A stretch of 36,163 bases of DNA from Promethearchaeota archaeon (GCA_008080735.1 SHMW01000041.1:1-36163), one strand, 5' to 3'; shown: positions 19,124 to 29,735, numbered from the stretch's first letter. A program made the numbers and translations. The notes: a model not told the origin generated them from the sequence alone.

Positions 19124-20680
19124 TTAGAAAAATTCAGTAATTTTCATCTGTGATTTATTAAATAACCATTTTTCAAACTTCTTTGTGAGTTTACCCGACC
19201 AAATAGCATTATGTTCTGTCAATTCTTCAAACTTCTCAATATCTCCATAAGATATTTTATTTTCGCGAATTAATGCATTCATTTTAATTACCCATCGAGT
19301 AAAATCTTTATACAATCCCCCATCTTCGCGAGATCTTGCGTTCGCTTTATGCGTCTTTTCATAATATTGCAGCGCCTCTTGAGTATAACCCGTAAAATAA
19401 CGATAATTTTGATCATTCCAAAAGAATTTTTTTGTACTTTCGTTGTATATTCTAATATCGCAATTCCATACTTTCACGCTTTCCAAATGAGGCAATTGAT
19501 TCAGGGTTTCTGGGATCTCTTTTAAATACGTATTCCCCGATAAATTAATTCGTTTTAGACTCTCTAATCCGTCAAGGTTTTCTAAATTAGTGATTCTGTT
19601 ATTTCTTATCGATAAATCTTCAAGCATTGAAAGAGTTTTTAATTGTGAAAGATCGCTAATCATATTATTATCTAAGTTTAGTATTTTTAGATTTGGAAAT
19701 TTTTCTATTCCTTTTAGTGTCTCTATAATATTATTATTCAAATTTAATTCCTCTATTGAATCATATATTACTTCAAAGCCTTCAATATTGTATATAGATT
19801 CAATATTTTTATCATTCAAGAAAATTTGAGCGTTCTCCTCTTCTAAAATTCCTATTATTTTTGAATTATACTCTATAAGATTAAAATCATCCAAATCGAA
19901 CGAATCAATATTATTATTTATGAATTTGATTTCTGGGAAACTAGATTTATTCTTATAATTTTCATAAATAAGTAAAGCCATTTTATTATGATGTTGATGG
20001 CTTATACGCTTTTTAATCTTTGAAAAAATTAGGGGTATATGCTTTTGGTTGAAACTTCTAAATAAATTTTGAAATAGATATAAAATTTGATTATCTGAAG
20101 TAGGTTGAGGCGACTCCAAAGCTTGTTTTAGATTCCTCACTAATTTATCCAAAAATGAAAGATTTATATCATCAAATATGCTTTCTAATTCTTGGCTAGA
20201 TAAATGTCTTAAATAATTTTCTTGGATTAGGTAATTGATTACTGTTGGATGGTTGCTTGATAATCTTAGAGCTATTTCTTCCTTAAACACCTTTCTTGCT
20301 TGAGGGTCGCCGACCTCAACTAACCTTTTCAGTAAAGGAAAGGCTAAATTTCTATGAAGAATGCGAGTATCATATCCATTTTCTGCCCATGCGGTTATAT
20401 TTGAGCAATGCCCCCAGAACTCCACCTCTGGGTCTATTCCGTATTTTCCTGATCTATTTCCCTCCATCGAACGATCCAGATGTTCGGCCGCTTTATCAAT
20501 AGAATCTATTTCTTCATAATCTCTAATTTTCTCAGTAGGTATATTTAGCAAAAGATACATACACTGCCGAAATTGTCTATTTTTCACATAGATATTTGTT
20601 ATCCCATTTTCCAGTTTAAGAGATAGAAATTCATTAACCTTATATTCCTTTTTTGGAGCTGGGTTTCTGATGACAACCAA
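19124..20680 (-). CDS. Leucine-rich repeat protein with Lokiarchaeia-type N-terminal domain
   Basis: LxLxxNxI repeats in the C-half; N-terminal LSLKLE...QCMYLLLNIP...EFWGHCSN...W.ENGYDTRILH.NLAFPLLK.L...GDP block. Confidence 0.88.
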   Translation of the reverse strand: MVVIRNPAPKKEYKVNEFLSLKLENGITNIYVKNRQFRQCMYLLLNIPTEKIRDYEEIDSIDKAAEHLDRSMEGNRSGKYGIDPEVEFWGHCSNITAWAENGYDTRILHRNLAFPLLKRLVEVGDPQARKVFKEEIALRLSSNHPTVINYLIQENYLRHLSSQELESIFDDINLSFLDKLVRNLKQALESPQPTSDNQILYLFQNLFRSFNQKHIPLIFSKIKKRISHQHHNKMALLIYENYKNKSSFPEIKFINNNIDSFDLDDFNLIEYNSKIIGILEEENAQIFLNDKNIESIYNIEGFEVIYDSIEELNLNNNIIETLKGIEKFPNLKILNLDNNMISDLSQLKTLSMLEDLSIRNNRITNLENLDGLESLKRINLSGNTYLKEIPETLNQLPHLESVKVWNCDIRIYNESTKKFFWNDQNYRYFTGYTQEALQYYEKTHKANARSREDGGLYKDFTRWVIKMNALIRENKISYGDIEKFEELTEHNAIWSGKLTKKFEKWLFNKSQMKITEFF

Positions 20681-21029
20681 GAGAATAATAATTGAGAAGA
20701 GAAATATGATTATATTTATGTTTGTATGATTAATTTTATCTCAACCTGGTTTTTAGGAGTTGCTTTTTGGATTCGATTTGGAATCTAAGGACTTTGGAAT
20801 TTTATTTCAAATTTAAAAATAAACAGAGAACAGATTTTTTGTATTTTTATTAAAACATTGATATTCGTGTTATATTTTCTAAGCGGGATTATTTAAATAG
20901 ATACATAATTTCATATCCCATCTTTTAATCATCATCAAATATAATTCTATGATATATTTAGGGGGAACTAACAGGTTTTTTTTTTATGATAACAAATTTT
21001 AAAAAGTTCTGATTCTTTCAAGAGAAACA

Positions 21030-21992
21030 ATGGAATATGTAATTTATGAAAGAGAAAAATTTGAGGTTATCAATAACCATTTAGATCTCGCGGCAAAAGG
21101 AATTACTTCGATTAATGAAATTGATGGTTTAGAAAATTTGTCAGGGTTAAAAAGTTTGGACATGAGCTATAATGAGATTAAATTTATTGAAGGGCTCGAA
21201 GATTTACATAATCTGGAATATCTTGATTTAAGCTCCAATCAAATTGGTGATATTAGGAATATTTCTCATTTAACGGAACTAAAAAGTTTATATCTGAATA
21301 ATAATATGCTAAGAAAAATCGAGGGCATCGATAACTTGGAAGAATTAGATACCCTTGAATTAAACGGAAATGATTTGCGGGTCATTTCCAACTTAGATAA
21401 TTTAAAAAAACTTGATATGCTTAAATTAGGAATGAATCGGATTTATGAGATAAGCGGGTTAAAAAATTTAACCACACTTACCAAGCTTCATTTAGATCAA
21501 AATGAAATAAAAAAGCTGGAAAATCTTGAAACTTTAAACAATTTAAAAGTGTTTGATTTGGATGACAACGAGATTACAAAAATAGAAAATATTGAAGAAT
21601 TATATCGATTAGAAGCATTTATACTGAGTAAAAATCGGATTTCCGAAATGGATGGATTAACAGAACAATTTAAATTAATGTTACTAAATTTAGGAAACAA
21701 TAAAATCTCAAAAATCAGAGGTTTAGAAGAATGTACGGACTTGCGTATATTAAATCTTTCAAAAAACCACATAAAGGAAATAAATCCAGGAGATTTATCC
21801 AATCAAAAAGATCTTGTAAATCTAAATTTAAGTGATAATCAGATTTCAAATATCGAAGGGATTCGAGGCCTTAAGAATCTTAGAATAATAAATTTAAGCA
21901 ATAACCAAATACAGAATTTTAAAGTTTTAAAATCACTCCCTAATTTGGAAACTGCATATTTAAAAAACAATAAAACCACACTAGAGGAGTAA
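21030..21992 (+). CDS. SDS22/internalin-like leucine-rich repeat protein
   Basis: About 13 repeats of 22-24 aa, LxxLxxLxLxxNxIxxIxGL. Confidence 0.93.
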   Translation: MEYVIYEREKFEVINNHLDLAAKGITSINEIDGLENLSGLKSLDMSYNEIKFIEGLEDLHNLEYLDLSSNQIGDIRNISHLTELKSLYLNNNMLRKIEGIDNLEELDTLELNGNDLRVISNLDNLKKLDMLKLGMNRIYEISGLKNLTTLTKLHLDQNEIKKLENLETLNNLKVFDLDDNEITKIENIEELYRLEAFILSKNRISEMDGLTEQFKLMLLNLGNNKISKIRGLEECTDLRILNLSKNHIKEINPGDLSNQKDLVNLNLSDNQISNIEGIRGLKNLRIINLSNNQIQNFKVLKSLPNLETAYLKNNKTTLEE

Positions 21993-22138
21993 AGTCTCTT
22001 TAGGAGGTAAATTGGAAAATATCGACAGTCATATTCAGAAATGGATTTAGCTGGATAATAAGAAAATTTATTAGAATTCCTAATCTATAAATAACAAGAG
22101 AATATATTTTAAAGCATTTAAAATTAATACTCCGAAAT

Positions 22139-22909
22139 ATGACAGATTACACGATATATTTTCAAGCTGCTTCTGTCTTTGGATTGGCGATGTTATTTCA
22201 TAAGGTTATTGGAAACTATCCAGAACCTTTAGAAAAAGTCAGAGAAAATAAGAAAGAATTAAGCGAAGTTTTAATCGTATGGTTAATACAATTTGCTTTG
22301 ATCACTTGGGTTATTTTTACGGGAATATATCTTCCCTCTGCCTTTCCAGGTTTTAAGATCCATGAAGAAATTACCATTAGTATTAATTTAATTTCTAGCT
22401 TCATAATACCGATACTTTTTCTTCGCGTGTGGAAAAAGGGTTCTGAGAGACAAGCACTCGGATTAAATGCTCCTAGGGATAACAAAATAGCGCTATATTT
22501 AATTGGGATATTTGGCTTATTTGCATTCATAACCTTTCTTATTGTGGGTGGAAAAGAATTTACTATTGTAGCTTTATTGTGGGGAATAATAACTCCCTCA
22601 CTAAGCGAGGAATTGGTATCAAGATCAGTTATTACAAGTAAGTTGGAGCGCAGTCAGGGTATTAAAAGGGCGTGGATTATAGGAGGGATTTTATTTGGGT
22701 TACTTCACATTCCAAACGATTTCTTTGGGTTTTTCTGGTTCACCACATTCAATCAAAATTTTTTTATTGCTCTTGGAGGATTATTAGTTCAGATTGGAAC
22801 TGGTTGGATGTTTGCGATAACCTATATTAAAACACGGAGCATTATACCATGTGTTATCGGTCATTATCTTGTTGACTTTCTTCCTGCTATTCTTGCAATC
22901 TTATTTTAA
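22139..22909 (+). CDS. CPBP (CAAX protease/Abi family) intramembrane protease
   Basis: EELVSR (EExxxR), FGLLH, HYLVD motifs; multiple TM segments. Confidence 0.9.
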   Translation: MTDYTIYFQAASVFGLAMLFHKVIGNYPEPLEKVRENKKELSEVLIVWLIQFALITWVIFTGIYLPSAFPGFKIHEEITISINLISSFIIPILFLRVWKKGSERQALGLNAPRDNKIALYLIGIFGLFAFITFLIVGGKEFTIVALLWGIITPSLSEELVSRSVITSKLERSQGIKRAWIIGGILFGLLHIPNDFFGFFWFTTFNQNFFIALGGLLVQIGTGWMFAITYIKTRSIIPCVIGHYLVDFLPAILAILF

Positions 22910-22978
22910 ACAAAAAATCTACCTTTTTTTTATATCTTTCTTTTTTCAATACAATCATTTAACTATTCGCAATTTCGG

Positions 22979-23932
22979 ATGGCAGAATTAATTGGCTATT
23001 TACTGGCACTCAATGCAATAATTACTTGGGGTCTTGCATCCTTAGTCTATAAATTTGGGTTGGGAAAAACAGAGGCAAAGGCAAATCTCTTCTTTCGGTT
23101 GGTGATTGTGTCTTGCAGTACCTTCATAATATCACTCTTCTTCGGAGATTATCATTTTTTGCTTATTCTAAACACAACTGAACTAATCATGTATATTATC
23201 ATGGCAATATTTTCAGGTCTTTCTGTAACCATTGGTGATTTATTATATTTTTATGCGCTAAAAAAGATAGATGCTTCTCGAGCGTATCCCTTAACTCAAT
23301 TATCCCTTGTATTTGTTTATCCTTTAGCATTTCTGTTTTTTCAAGAGCAAATCACGCTTTCTGTATTAGTCGGAGGTTTTATTATCCTTTCGAGCGTCTT
23401 TTTGTTGGGCAAGAAAGATAAACCGAAAGAAAGCGCGTTTTATGAAGTAGACGGAGAAGATCATAGAGAAGAGGAAGCAATCTCAAGGGAATTGTTATTC
23501 GGAGTGATAATGGCGATCGGAACTGCGCTATTTTGGGCTATTGCCATCATAACCTTTAATCAAGCTAGAATCTATTCTAATGACGTATTTACAACTAATT
23601 TCTTTCGCATACTATTCGGCACGATATCAGTGGCTATAATCGGTTTATTCGATGATGATTTTTTTTTGGGATTTAAGAAGGAAAACCGAATAAATTTGAA
23701 ATATTTTGCCTATATTGGAATCGCGGGCTCCCTTTCGCTTGGACTCGCCGATTCATTCTTTTATAAAGCTGCCGAAATCAATGGACTCGTCTTGACTTCT
23801 ACAATAACCGCAAACACTCCAATGGTCCAACAAATCTTTTCGTTAACTCTATTGAAAGAAAGATTTAGGAAGAGATTTATTATTGCCGTAGCTTTAATTA
23901 TTATTGGAAATTATATAATCTTGTTTCTATGA
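22979..23932 (+). CDS. DMT superfamily EamA-type transporter
   Basis: Two 5-TM repeats; YFYALKKIDASRAYP, FFQEQI, LLKERF. Confidence 0.9.
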   Translation: MAELIGYLLALNAIITWGLASLVYKFGLGKTEAKANLFFRLVIVSCSTFIISLFFGDYHFLLILNTTELIMYIIMAIFSGLSVTIGDLLYFYALKKIDASRAYPLTQLSLVFVYPLAFLFFQEQITLSVLVGGFIILSSVFLLGKKDKPKESAFYEVDGEDHREEEAISRELLFGVIMAIGTALFWAIAIITFNQARIYSNDVFTTNFFRILFGTISVAIIGLFDDDFFLGFKKENRINLKYFAYIGIAGSLSLGLADSFFYKAAEINGLVLTSTITANTPMVQQIFSLTLLKERFRKRFIIAVALIIIGNYIILFL

Positions 23933-23945
23933 AAAGATGATTTGA

Positions 23946-24977
23946 ATGATTGAGATAGAGATTGCATTACTTACAAATAATCTAGTGAAACCATTTCAAA
24001 AATTTCATAAAAAGTATAAACTGAACTTTATCCAATTCAACAAACTTCACGTGACTCAATGCCTTGCTGAACATGGTTTAGGATTCTTATTGACGGTCTA
24101 TGAAATAAATGACTCCGGGGATTTTGAAGAAAGAAAACAACTAAGCAAAATAATCTTTGATGTCGGTGGTACAAATTTAACCTACTTACATAATTTGTCT
24201 GTTATGAATTTACTTGTAAACGATGTAGATAGCATTGTGTTGTCTCATTGGCACTATGATCATATCGGTGGACTTTATAAGGTTTTAGAAGCAATAGAAC
24301 ACCAAATTCCTGTTTATACCCATAGATATGCAGAATTTGAGCGCATTTTTAGAAGATCTGATGATGTACAACCATCTGATTTAAGAGGAAAATCCTATGA
24401 AGAAATTGAATCTTTTTTAACACAATCGAAAATAGTTAACCAGGAGCCTATTGATTTAGATTTAATTACACAACTTGGCGGTAACGTTAAATTCATTTCA
24501 GAAGATACTAATATCCTGAATCTAGAGGAGTTGAAGATCTGGGCCAGTGGAGAAATACCACGAATTCATGCAGATGAGGATTTCTCGGATTATTTTTCCT
24601 TCCAAGATAATGGGATTCTTGAAGAAGACAAAATCTTAGATGATAAATGCCTCATTTTGGAATTCCAAGACAGAATTATTTTACTAAACGGTTGTTGCCA
24701 TTCTGGGTTGAAAAATACTATAGACTATATAACATCTCATACCGCAAAGCCTTTTTCTCAAATAATCGGAGGATTTCATATGGCGAGTGCCTCCAAAAAT
24801 TCTCTAAATTCAACATTAAACCATCTAACCGATTTACCTAAATATGAAAATAGGTTATATCTTTTTCCAATCCATTGTACTGGTGATAAATTCTTGAGAT
24901 TACTCCAATGTAACCAAATAGGGTCTCTTCAAGCATTTGATCTCAGCGTTGGTAATGTATTTAAGTTTAAGTCGTAG
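23946..24977 (+). CDS. MBL-fold metallohydrolase, COG1237/MJ0301-like
   Basis: EHGLG, FDVG, SHWHYDH (HxHxDH), GCCHSG, GGFH, PIHCTG. Confidence 0.88.
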   Translation: MIEIEIALLTNNLVKPFQKFHKKYKLNFIQFNKLHVTQCLAEHGLGFLLTVYEINDSGDFEERKQLSKIIFDVGGTNLTYLHNLSVMNLLVNDVDSIVLSHWHYDHIGGLYKVLEAIEHQIPVYTHRYAEFERIFRRSDDVQPSDLRGKSYEEIESFLTQSKIVNQEPIDLDLITQLGGNVKFISEDTNILNLEELKIWASGEIPRIHADEDFSDYFSFQDNGILEEDKILDDKCLILEFQDRIILLNGCCHSGLKNTIDYITSHTAKPFSQIIGGFHMASASKNSLNSTLNHLTDLPKYENRLYLFPIHCTGDKFLRLLQCNQIGSLQAFDLSVGNVFKFKS

Positions 24978-24984
24978 CTTTCTT

Positions 24985-26175
24985 TCATACCAATAATTCT
25001 TCTATTCTGTCCATTCCATCAACAATATTATCATAAGATACACAATAAGAGAATCGTATATAATCATCCTTTTCCTCGGGAGGCTTATGTCCAAAATATT
25101 TTCTAGATAATACAGCAACATCCGCCTTTTCCAGAAGATATTCTTGGAATTCTAAGGAATCCTTTAACCCGAGATTTTTGCACGCCTCTGAGACATTCGC
25201 AAAAATATAGAATGCGCCTTTCGGTTTTAATGCGGAAATTCCGTTAATTTTATTTAATCTATTATGAATGAGATTCCTTCTGCGCTCGAATTCATTCACC
25301 ATTGAGATTGATGGAGACTTATCTTCCTCCATGGCAACAATCCCTGCTTTTTGAGTGAATGTGGCTGTACAAGAGATTGTATTTGTAGCCCAACGAGTAA
25401 AATATTCTGCCAATTCTTCATTTACAATCGCATATCCCAATCTCCATCCTGTCATACTGAAAAATTTACTAAATCCATCAAGAATTATCGTTCTCTGTTG
25501 TATATCTGGATGAGCTGCGATAGAAGTATACTCAAGATTGTCAAAGACGATATTAGAATATATCTCATCGGACAAAATCCATATATCATTTTCTAATGCG
25601 ATTTCGGACAATGCTTCCAAATTTTGTTTGTTTAATACCGAGCCCGTAGGATTCTGAGGACTATTTATAATAATAAGTCGGGTTTTTTCCGATATCAGAT
25701 TTCTTAACTCATTTATATCATAATTCCAATCTTTTGATTCCCATAATTGGGCGGCAATCGGCTGGCATCCGTGGACATTTATCAAACTCTCATAGATAGG
25801 ATAACCCGGATTTGGATATATAATTTCGTCACCAGGATTCGTACAAGAAAGGATTGTCAGATCTACTATAAATTTGGCAGATGGAAGTACTACTACATTT
25901 TCAGCAGTAGCACGAATGTTTTTACTCTCTGACGCAAAATTCGCAATAGATTCTCGCAACTCTGGGATCCCCGCAGAAGGTGAATAATGCGTAAAATTTC
26001 CATCTATCGCATTTATCCCCGCTTGCTTTATATGTTGTGGAGTATCAAAATCGGGTTCTCCGATCGCAAATGAGATCACATTCTCTCGCCTTTCCTCGGG
26101 AAAGTTTTGAATTCTTTCAAGGACCTCGAAGGCGGTCTCGGTTCCAAGCCGGTCTAATCTGTTAGCATATTGCAT
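24985..26175 (-). CDS. PLP-dependent class I/II aminotransferase (aspartate aminotransferase-like)
   Basis: GEPDF, NSPQNPTG, SDEIY, GFSKFFSMTGWRLG (PLP Lys), GAFY. Confidence 0.95.
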   Translation of the reverse strand: MQYANRLDRLGTETAFEVLERIQNFPEERRENVISFAIGEPDFDTPQHIKQAGINAIDGNFTHYSPSAGIPELRESIANFASESKNIRATAENVVVLPSAKFIVDLTILSCTNPGDEIIYPNPGYPIYESLINVHGCQPIAAQLWESKDWNYDINELRNLISEKTRLIIINSPQNPTGSVLNKQNLEALSEIALENDIWILSDEIYSNIVFDNLEYTSIAAHPDIQQRTIILDGFSKFFSMTGWRLGYAIVNEELAEYFTRWATNTISCTATFTQKAGIVAMEEDKSPSISMVNEFERRRNLIHNRLNKINGISALKPKGAFYIFANVSEACKNLGLKDSLEFQEYLLEKADVAVLSRKYFGHKPPEEKDDYIRFSYCVSYDNIVDGMDRIEELLV

Positions 26176-26206
26176 GCTTATAAATAAAAATACTTTCGAT
26201 TCTTTT

Positions 26207-26698
26207 TTAAGTTTTATTTTTCTGGATGGCCCTATTTTCCATTTCTAGAAGTGATTTTTTGAGTTCAATTTGCCATGAATCCTTTACTTTTCCCATAAAT
26301 CCTCCAACTTGTCCATTTTTACGAACCACACGATGGCACGGTATTACTAATGGAAACGGATTATTTCTCATTATGTTTCCAATCGCTTGGTATGCTTTAC
26401 TATTTATTTTTTTGCCGATATCTGAATAACTTGCCGTTTTCCCGTATGTCAAGTTAAGGATTACCCATTCAATCACCCGTCTTGAAAACTTTGTAGTAAA
26501 GGTGTTTATGTAAGGAATTACTACCTCTAATCCTTTGAGGTCTTCGAAGAGATTAATCCTTTTACCATCTAAATATGCGCAAAAAACTCTTTTTATCTTA
26601 TCTAATACTTCTTTTTGGCGATTTTTTTCTATTTCTGCTAATAGCAAGAGATTTGACTTGTCTAAAAAATCCTTTTCTGATTCATTTTCATGTAACAT
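26207..26698 (-). CDS. ogt: O6-methylguanine-DNA methyltransferase
   Basis: Active-site IPCHRVV; YGKTASYSD...AYQAIG helix-turn-helix; the frame stays open about 36 codons upstream without an ATG/GTG/TTG start. Confidence 0.9.
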   Translation of the reverse strand: MLHENESEKDFLDKSNLLLLAEIEKNRQKEVLDKIKRVFCAYLDGKRINLFEDLKGLEVVIPYINTFTTKFSRRVIEWVILNLTYGKTASYSDIGKKINSKAYQAIGNIMRNNPFPLVIPCHRVVRKNGQVGGFMGKVKDSWQIELKKSLLEMENRAIQKNKT

Positions 26699-26966
26699 TG
26701 TAATAGAATTTAAGATATAAGAATCTCTTTCTCTGTAAGCTTCTAAACTAATTACGACTTTAATGTGAAATCGCTCGGATTTAATACAGAGTGCAGATAT
26801 AAAGATTCACCAGAACTATTGATCTATTTAAACTAAAAAACTAAAATATAAAAACCAAATCTCTCTTCTTATTAGTAGTGATAGTTTTAAATTAATTAAA
26901 CTTTTGATAAATACTTATTTTCAAAATTAACATTTATTGAGTAATAACAATTAGAGTAGATAAAGA

Positions 26967-27989
26967 ATGCCTGATGATTTAAAAAACGTTTTAGATGATA
27001 TCGAATCAACCGAAAAAGAAACTGCAGAGTTACAAGCTAAAATAAGCAGACTTACACAATTAGTGAATAAACAAAAGCGAATAATTAACGAGCAAGAACA
27101 ATTAATTGAGGAACAAAAGGCGGCTTCAGATCAAAAATTAGATGTACCAGCTGATGTGGTGGAGCTAAAGGAGATCATTGGTGCTCAGAGAGCTCAACTA
27201 AAGGAAAAAAATATGGAATTGGAGCATTTAAAAGGTACAAAAGCTCAACTTGAAAAAGAAATCGAACTAATGAGCCAACAAACCAAACCTTTAGAAGAAA
27301 AATACAATCAATCATTCGAAAAGATAGGAGAATTAAAAGCTGAAGTAGCAGAGCAGAGATCGAAAATTCTTGCGAAGGATGATAGGATTAAAAACTTGGA
27401 GATCAAGGTACAAGAATTGAAATCCTTTTCTGACAAACTAAAAAGTGACTATCAGAAAGAAATAGAGGAGATTCGAGAAGAACATAAAAAGGAAAAAGAA
27501 GAATTACAGAGCGAGTTAAATCAAATTGAATCCGCCCTACTCGATAGTAAATTGACCTCTACAGAAAAATCTTCGGAAGCAAAAGATTTCGCCACCAGAT
27601 TCCAAGAAGTTAGAGACAAATACGATTCAGTGGTTAGCAGAGTAGAAGAATTAAGGGACGAATTAAGGGAAAAAGAAGCCGAAATTAATAAATATGAAGA
27701 AAGAACCGAAGATTTACGCAATTTTAAAAATGATAATATCGATAAAATCATTCAGTATGACAGATTAACCGAATTGATGGAGGAAGAACCCCTTTTCAAA
27801 GCTTTTCTAATCATTAAAGATATTGGAGGAAAGGGTATTTACGTGGATGATCTAAAGAGCTCTCTCGGTGTTCCAATTGTAGTAGCTAAAAAACACGCAC
27901 AAAAATTAAAAGATAAAGGTCTTGTAAAGGAGAAAGACGATGGTAAGTTAGTTGTTGCGCCTGCTACCCAAGAATCAGACGAAGAATAA
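26967..27989 (+). CDS. Long coiled-coil protein with probable C-terminal winged-helix domain
   Basis: About 270 aa of E/K/Q/L heptads, then PLFKAFLIIKDIG...VDDLKSSLGVP...KKHAQKLKDKGLV. Confidence 0.8.
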   Translation: MPDDLKNVLDDIESTEKETAELQAKISRLTQLVNKQKRIINEQEQLIEEQKAASDQKLDVPADVVELKEIIGAQRAQLKEKNMELEHLKGTKAQLEKEIELMSQQTKPLEEKYNQSFEKIGELKAEVAEQRSKILAKDDRIKNLEIKVQELKSFSDKLKSDYQKEIEEIREEHKKEKEELQSELNQIESALLDSKLTSTEKSSEAKDFATRFQEVRDKYDSVVSRVEELRDELREKEAEINKYEERTEDLRNFKNDNIDKIIQYDRLTELMEEEPLFKAFLIIKDIGGKGIYVDDLKSSLGVPIVVAKKHAQKLKDKGLVKEKDDGKLVVAPATQESDEE

Positions 27990-28078
27990 TATATTTTCTT
28001 TTATTTTTTCAATCTTGCACTCAGAGGATCAAGAACGAGTTTATTGGTTTCTCAGTTCTCAAAAAAGGAAAGAATTAA

Positions 28079-28456
28079 TTAAACTTTCGCTAAATCTTCA
28101 TATAAGTCGGGAAGAACATCTCGAAACTCTCCGTCCTCGATTTTATCAAGAATCGACGCAGCAATTTTTTTCAAGATTTCACGATATTTTTGAGGTTTTT
28201 CATCCCTCCTAAGTAATAACGCTACAACGTAATTCTCTACAGAAATAGCATCATCACCGACTCCTGAGAAAAAGGATACCACCTTATTGTTTTTCAGTGA
28301 AATAGATGCGAATCCCGGCTTTAAGGATTGATATCGGTGTGAGCTATATACTTGCGTTAAAAGATTATTTGTTATCTTCAAGTTGTCGGGATAGAACCCC
28401 TCGTTTATTGGTCCAACTTCATTATCCCATTTAATAACTAATATCCCCACAGGCAC
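28079..28456 (-). CDS. Small longin/uDENN-like domain protein
   Basis: GILVIKWDNEVGP...FYP N-terminal hairpin typical of uDENN/longin folds; beta-beta-alpha-beta-beta-beta-alpha-alpha pattern; GGAGG site before the GTG start. Confidence 0.65.
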   Translation of the reverse strand: MPVGILVIKWDNEVGPINEGFYPDNLKITNNLLTQVYSSHRYQSLKPGFASISLKNNKVVSFFSGVGDDAISVENYVVALLLRRDEKPQKYREILKKIAASILDKIEDGEFRDVLPDLYEDLAKV

Positions 28457-28773
28457 GTTTAAATCCCCTCCACTATGTTGTATCTAATATTTATTCCAAA
28501 AGACAATTAAAAGCACCTCTGTATATGTTCAATTATTTTATATTTGTAATCTGTAATATAGAGCATAACTTATCATTATAATAATTTTCTGATTTATATA
28601 ATTATTTAATTGTGAAATTTATTAAATATACCCACTTAGTTCTATTTAAAATCCATTTTAGATTTTTGAAAATACAGTTCTTCCTTTCCAGATTTTATAT
28701 GAAAAATAGCTCTTAAAAATACTTAGAATCTGAATAAAGCTAAACACGAAAAGAAAAAAGAAAGAGTCCGCAC

Positions 28774-29142
28774 TTAACGTCGTGCGTGGGTCTTCTTATA
28801 ATAAACTAAAAGTTTTTCTATACCAGCATCTATTTGATGCTCATATTTCTTAGATTTCAAGGTACTCTTTAAGCGATGTAATAAAAATTGCAGAAGCTCC
28901 TTCATTGCTCGAATTCGATCCTCTGGACTCATTGAGCTTATTTCATATCCAGGTTGTTTATGAGCATACTGCCAATCTTTCATCGCAAGCAGTCCATAAC
29001 CTTGTAAAATTAGCTCAGAGAGCGGAATATATTTTGCTAGTTCTCGGGATAAATCCATTAGAATTTCATTTTGTCTCCTATCAATGTTAAGGGATTTATA
29101 GTAGTGGAGGATGCTCGAAACACTCGATTCTCGTAATTCCAT
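28774..29142 (-). CDS. Hypothetical helical protein, tandem paralog A (122 aa)
   Basis: 64/122 identical, gap-free, to 29367-29735. Confidence 0.88.
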   Translation of the reverse strand: MELRESSVSSILHYYKSLNIDRRQNEILMDLSRELAKYIPLSELILQGYGLLAMKDWQYAHKQPGYEISSMSPEDRIRAMKELLQFLLHRLKSTLKSKKYEHQIDAGIEKLLVYYKKTHARR

Positions 29143-29366
29143 ATCATCTCAACCGTTTTTTTTTGATCCCAAAAGTAGGGTATACATTAATGTAAAACGA
29201 AGGAGAATTCATAAGGACATTTTTTCATGTAATATTCCGTATGGAGAGAACAAACAAATTTTTTTTTCACATGTTTATTAATTGGTTTATTTAAATTGAC
29301 ATTATTACATGGACTTAATTGGACCATTTGACCAAAAAAAATGTAGATAAAAAAAATAATGGTTAT

Positions 29367-29735
29367 TTAACGCTGAGCATGTGTTTTTTGATAATAATCT
29401 ATCAATTTCTGCATACCCGTATCGATCTTGTCTTCATATTCCGCAGTGCGTAAAGTTCTCTTGAATCTTTTTGCTAAATACCCTAAGATCTCTGCCATCG
29501 CTTCAAGTCTTTGAGCTGGGGTCATACTACTAATGTCTGCTCCAGGTCTGTTATTCGCGACTTGCCAGTCTCTCATCGCTTGTAAACCATATCCTCTAAT
29601 TGCTAATTCTGACATCGGGATAAACTTTGCTAATTGCTCAGAGAGAGCCTTCAAAATATTATGCTGCTCGGTTGTGATCTCTAACGATTTATAGAGATTA
29701 ATCGCATCTTGGACTGCTGCTTCTCGAAATTCCAT
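29367..29735 (-). CDS. Hypothetical helical protein, tandem paralog B (122 aa)
   Basis: 64/122 identical, gap-free, to 28774-29142. Confidence 0.88.
   Translation of the reverse strand: MEFREAAVQDAINLYKSLEITTEQHNILKALSEQLAKFIPMSELAIRGYGLQAMRDWQVANNRPGADISSMTPAQRLEAMAEILGYLAKRFKRTLRTAEYEDKIDTGMQKLIDYYQKTHAQR

Noticed and set aside
22003-22074. GGAGGT site plus TTG after the LRR gene (MENIDSHIQKWI, stop)
   Set aside because: Stops after 12 codons; at most a gene remnant and not supportable as a feature.
26967-27989. Coiled-coil protein as SMC/Rad50 or ESCRT-III/CdvB
   Set aside because: No Walker motifs, hinge or zinc hook, and no recognisable Snf7 core; only generic heptads and a wH-like end.
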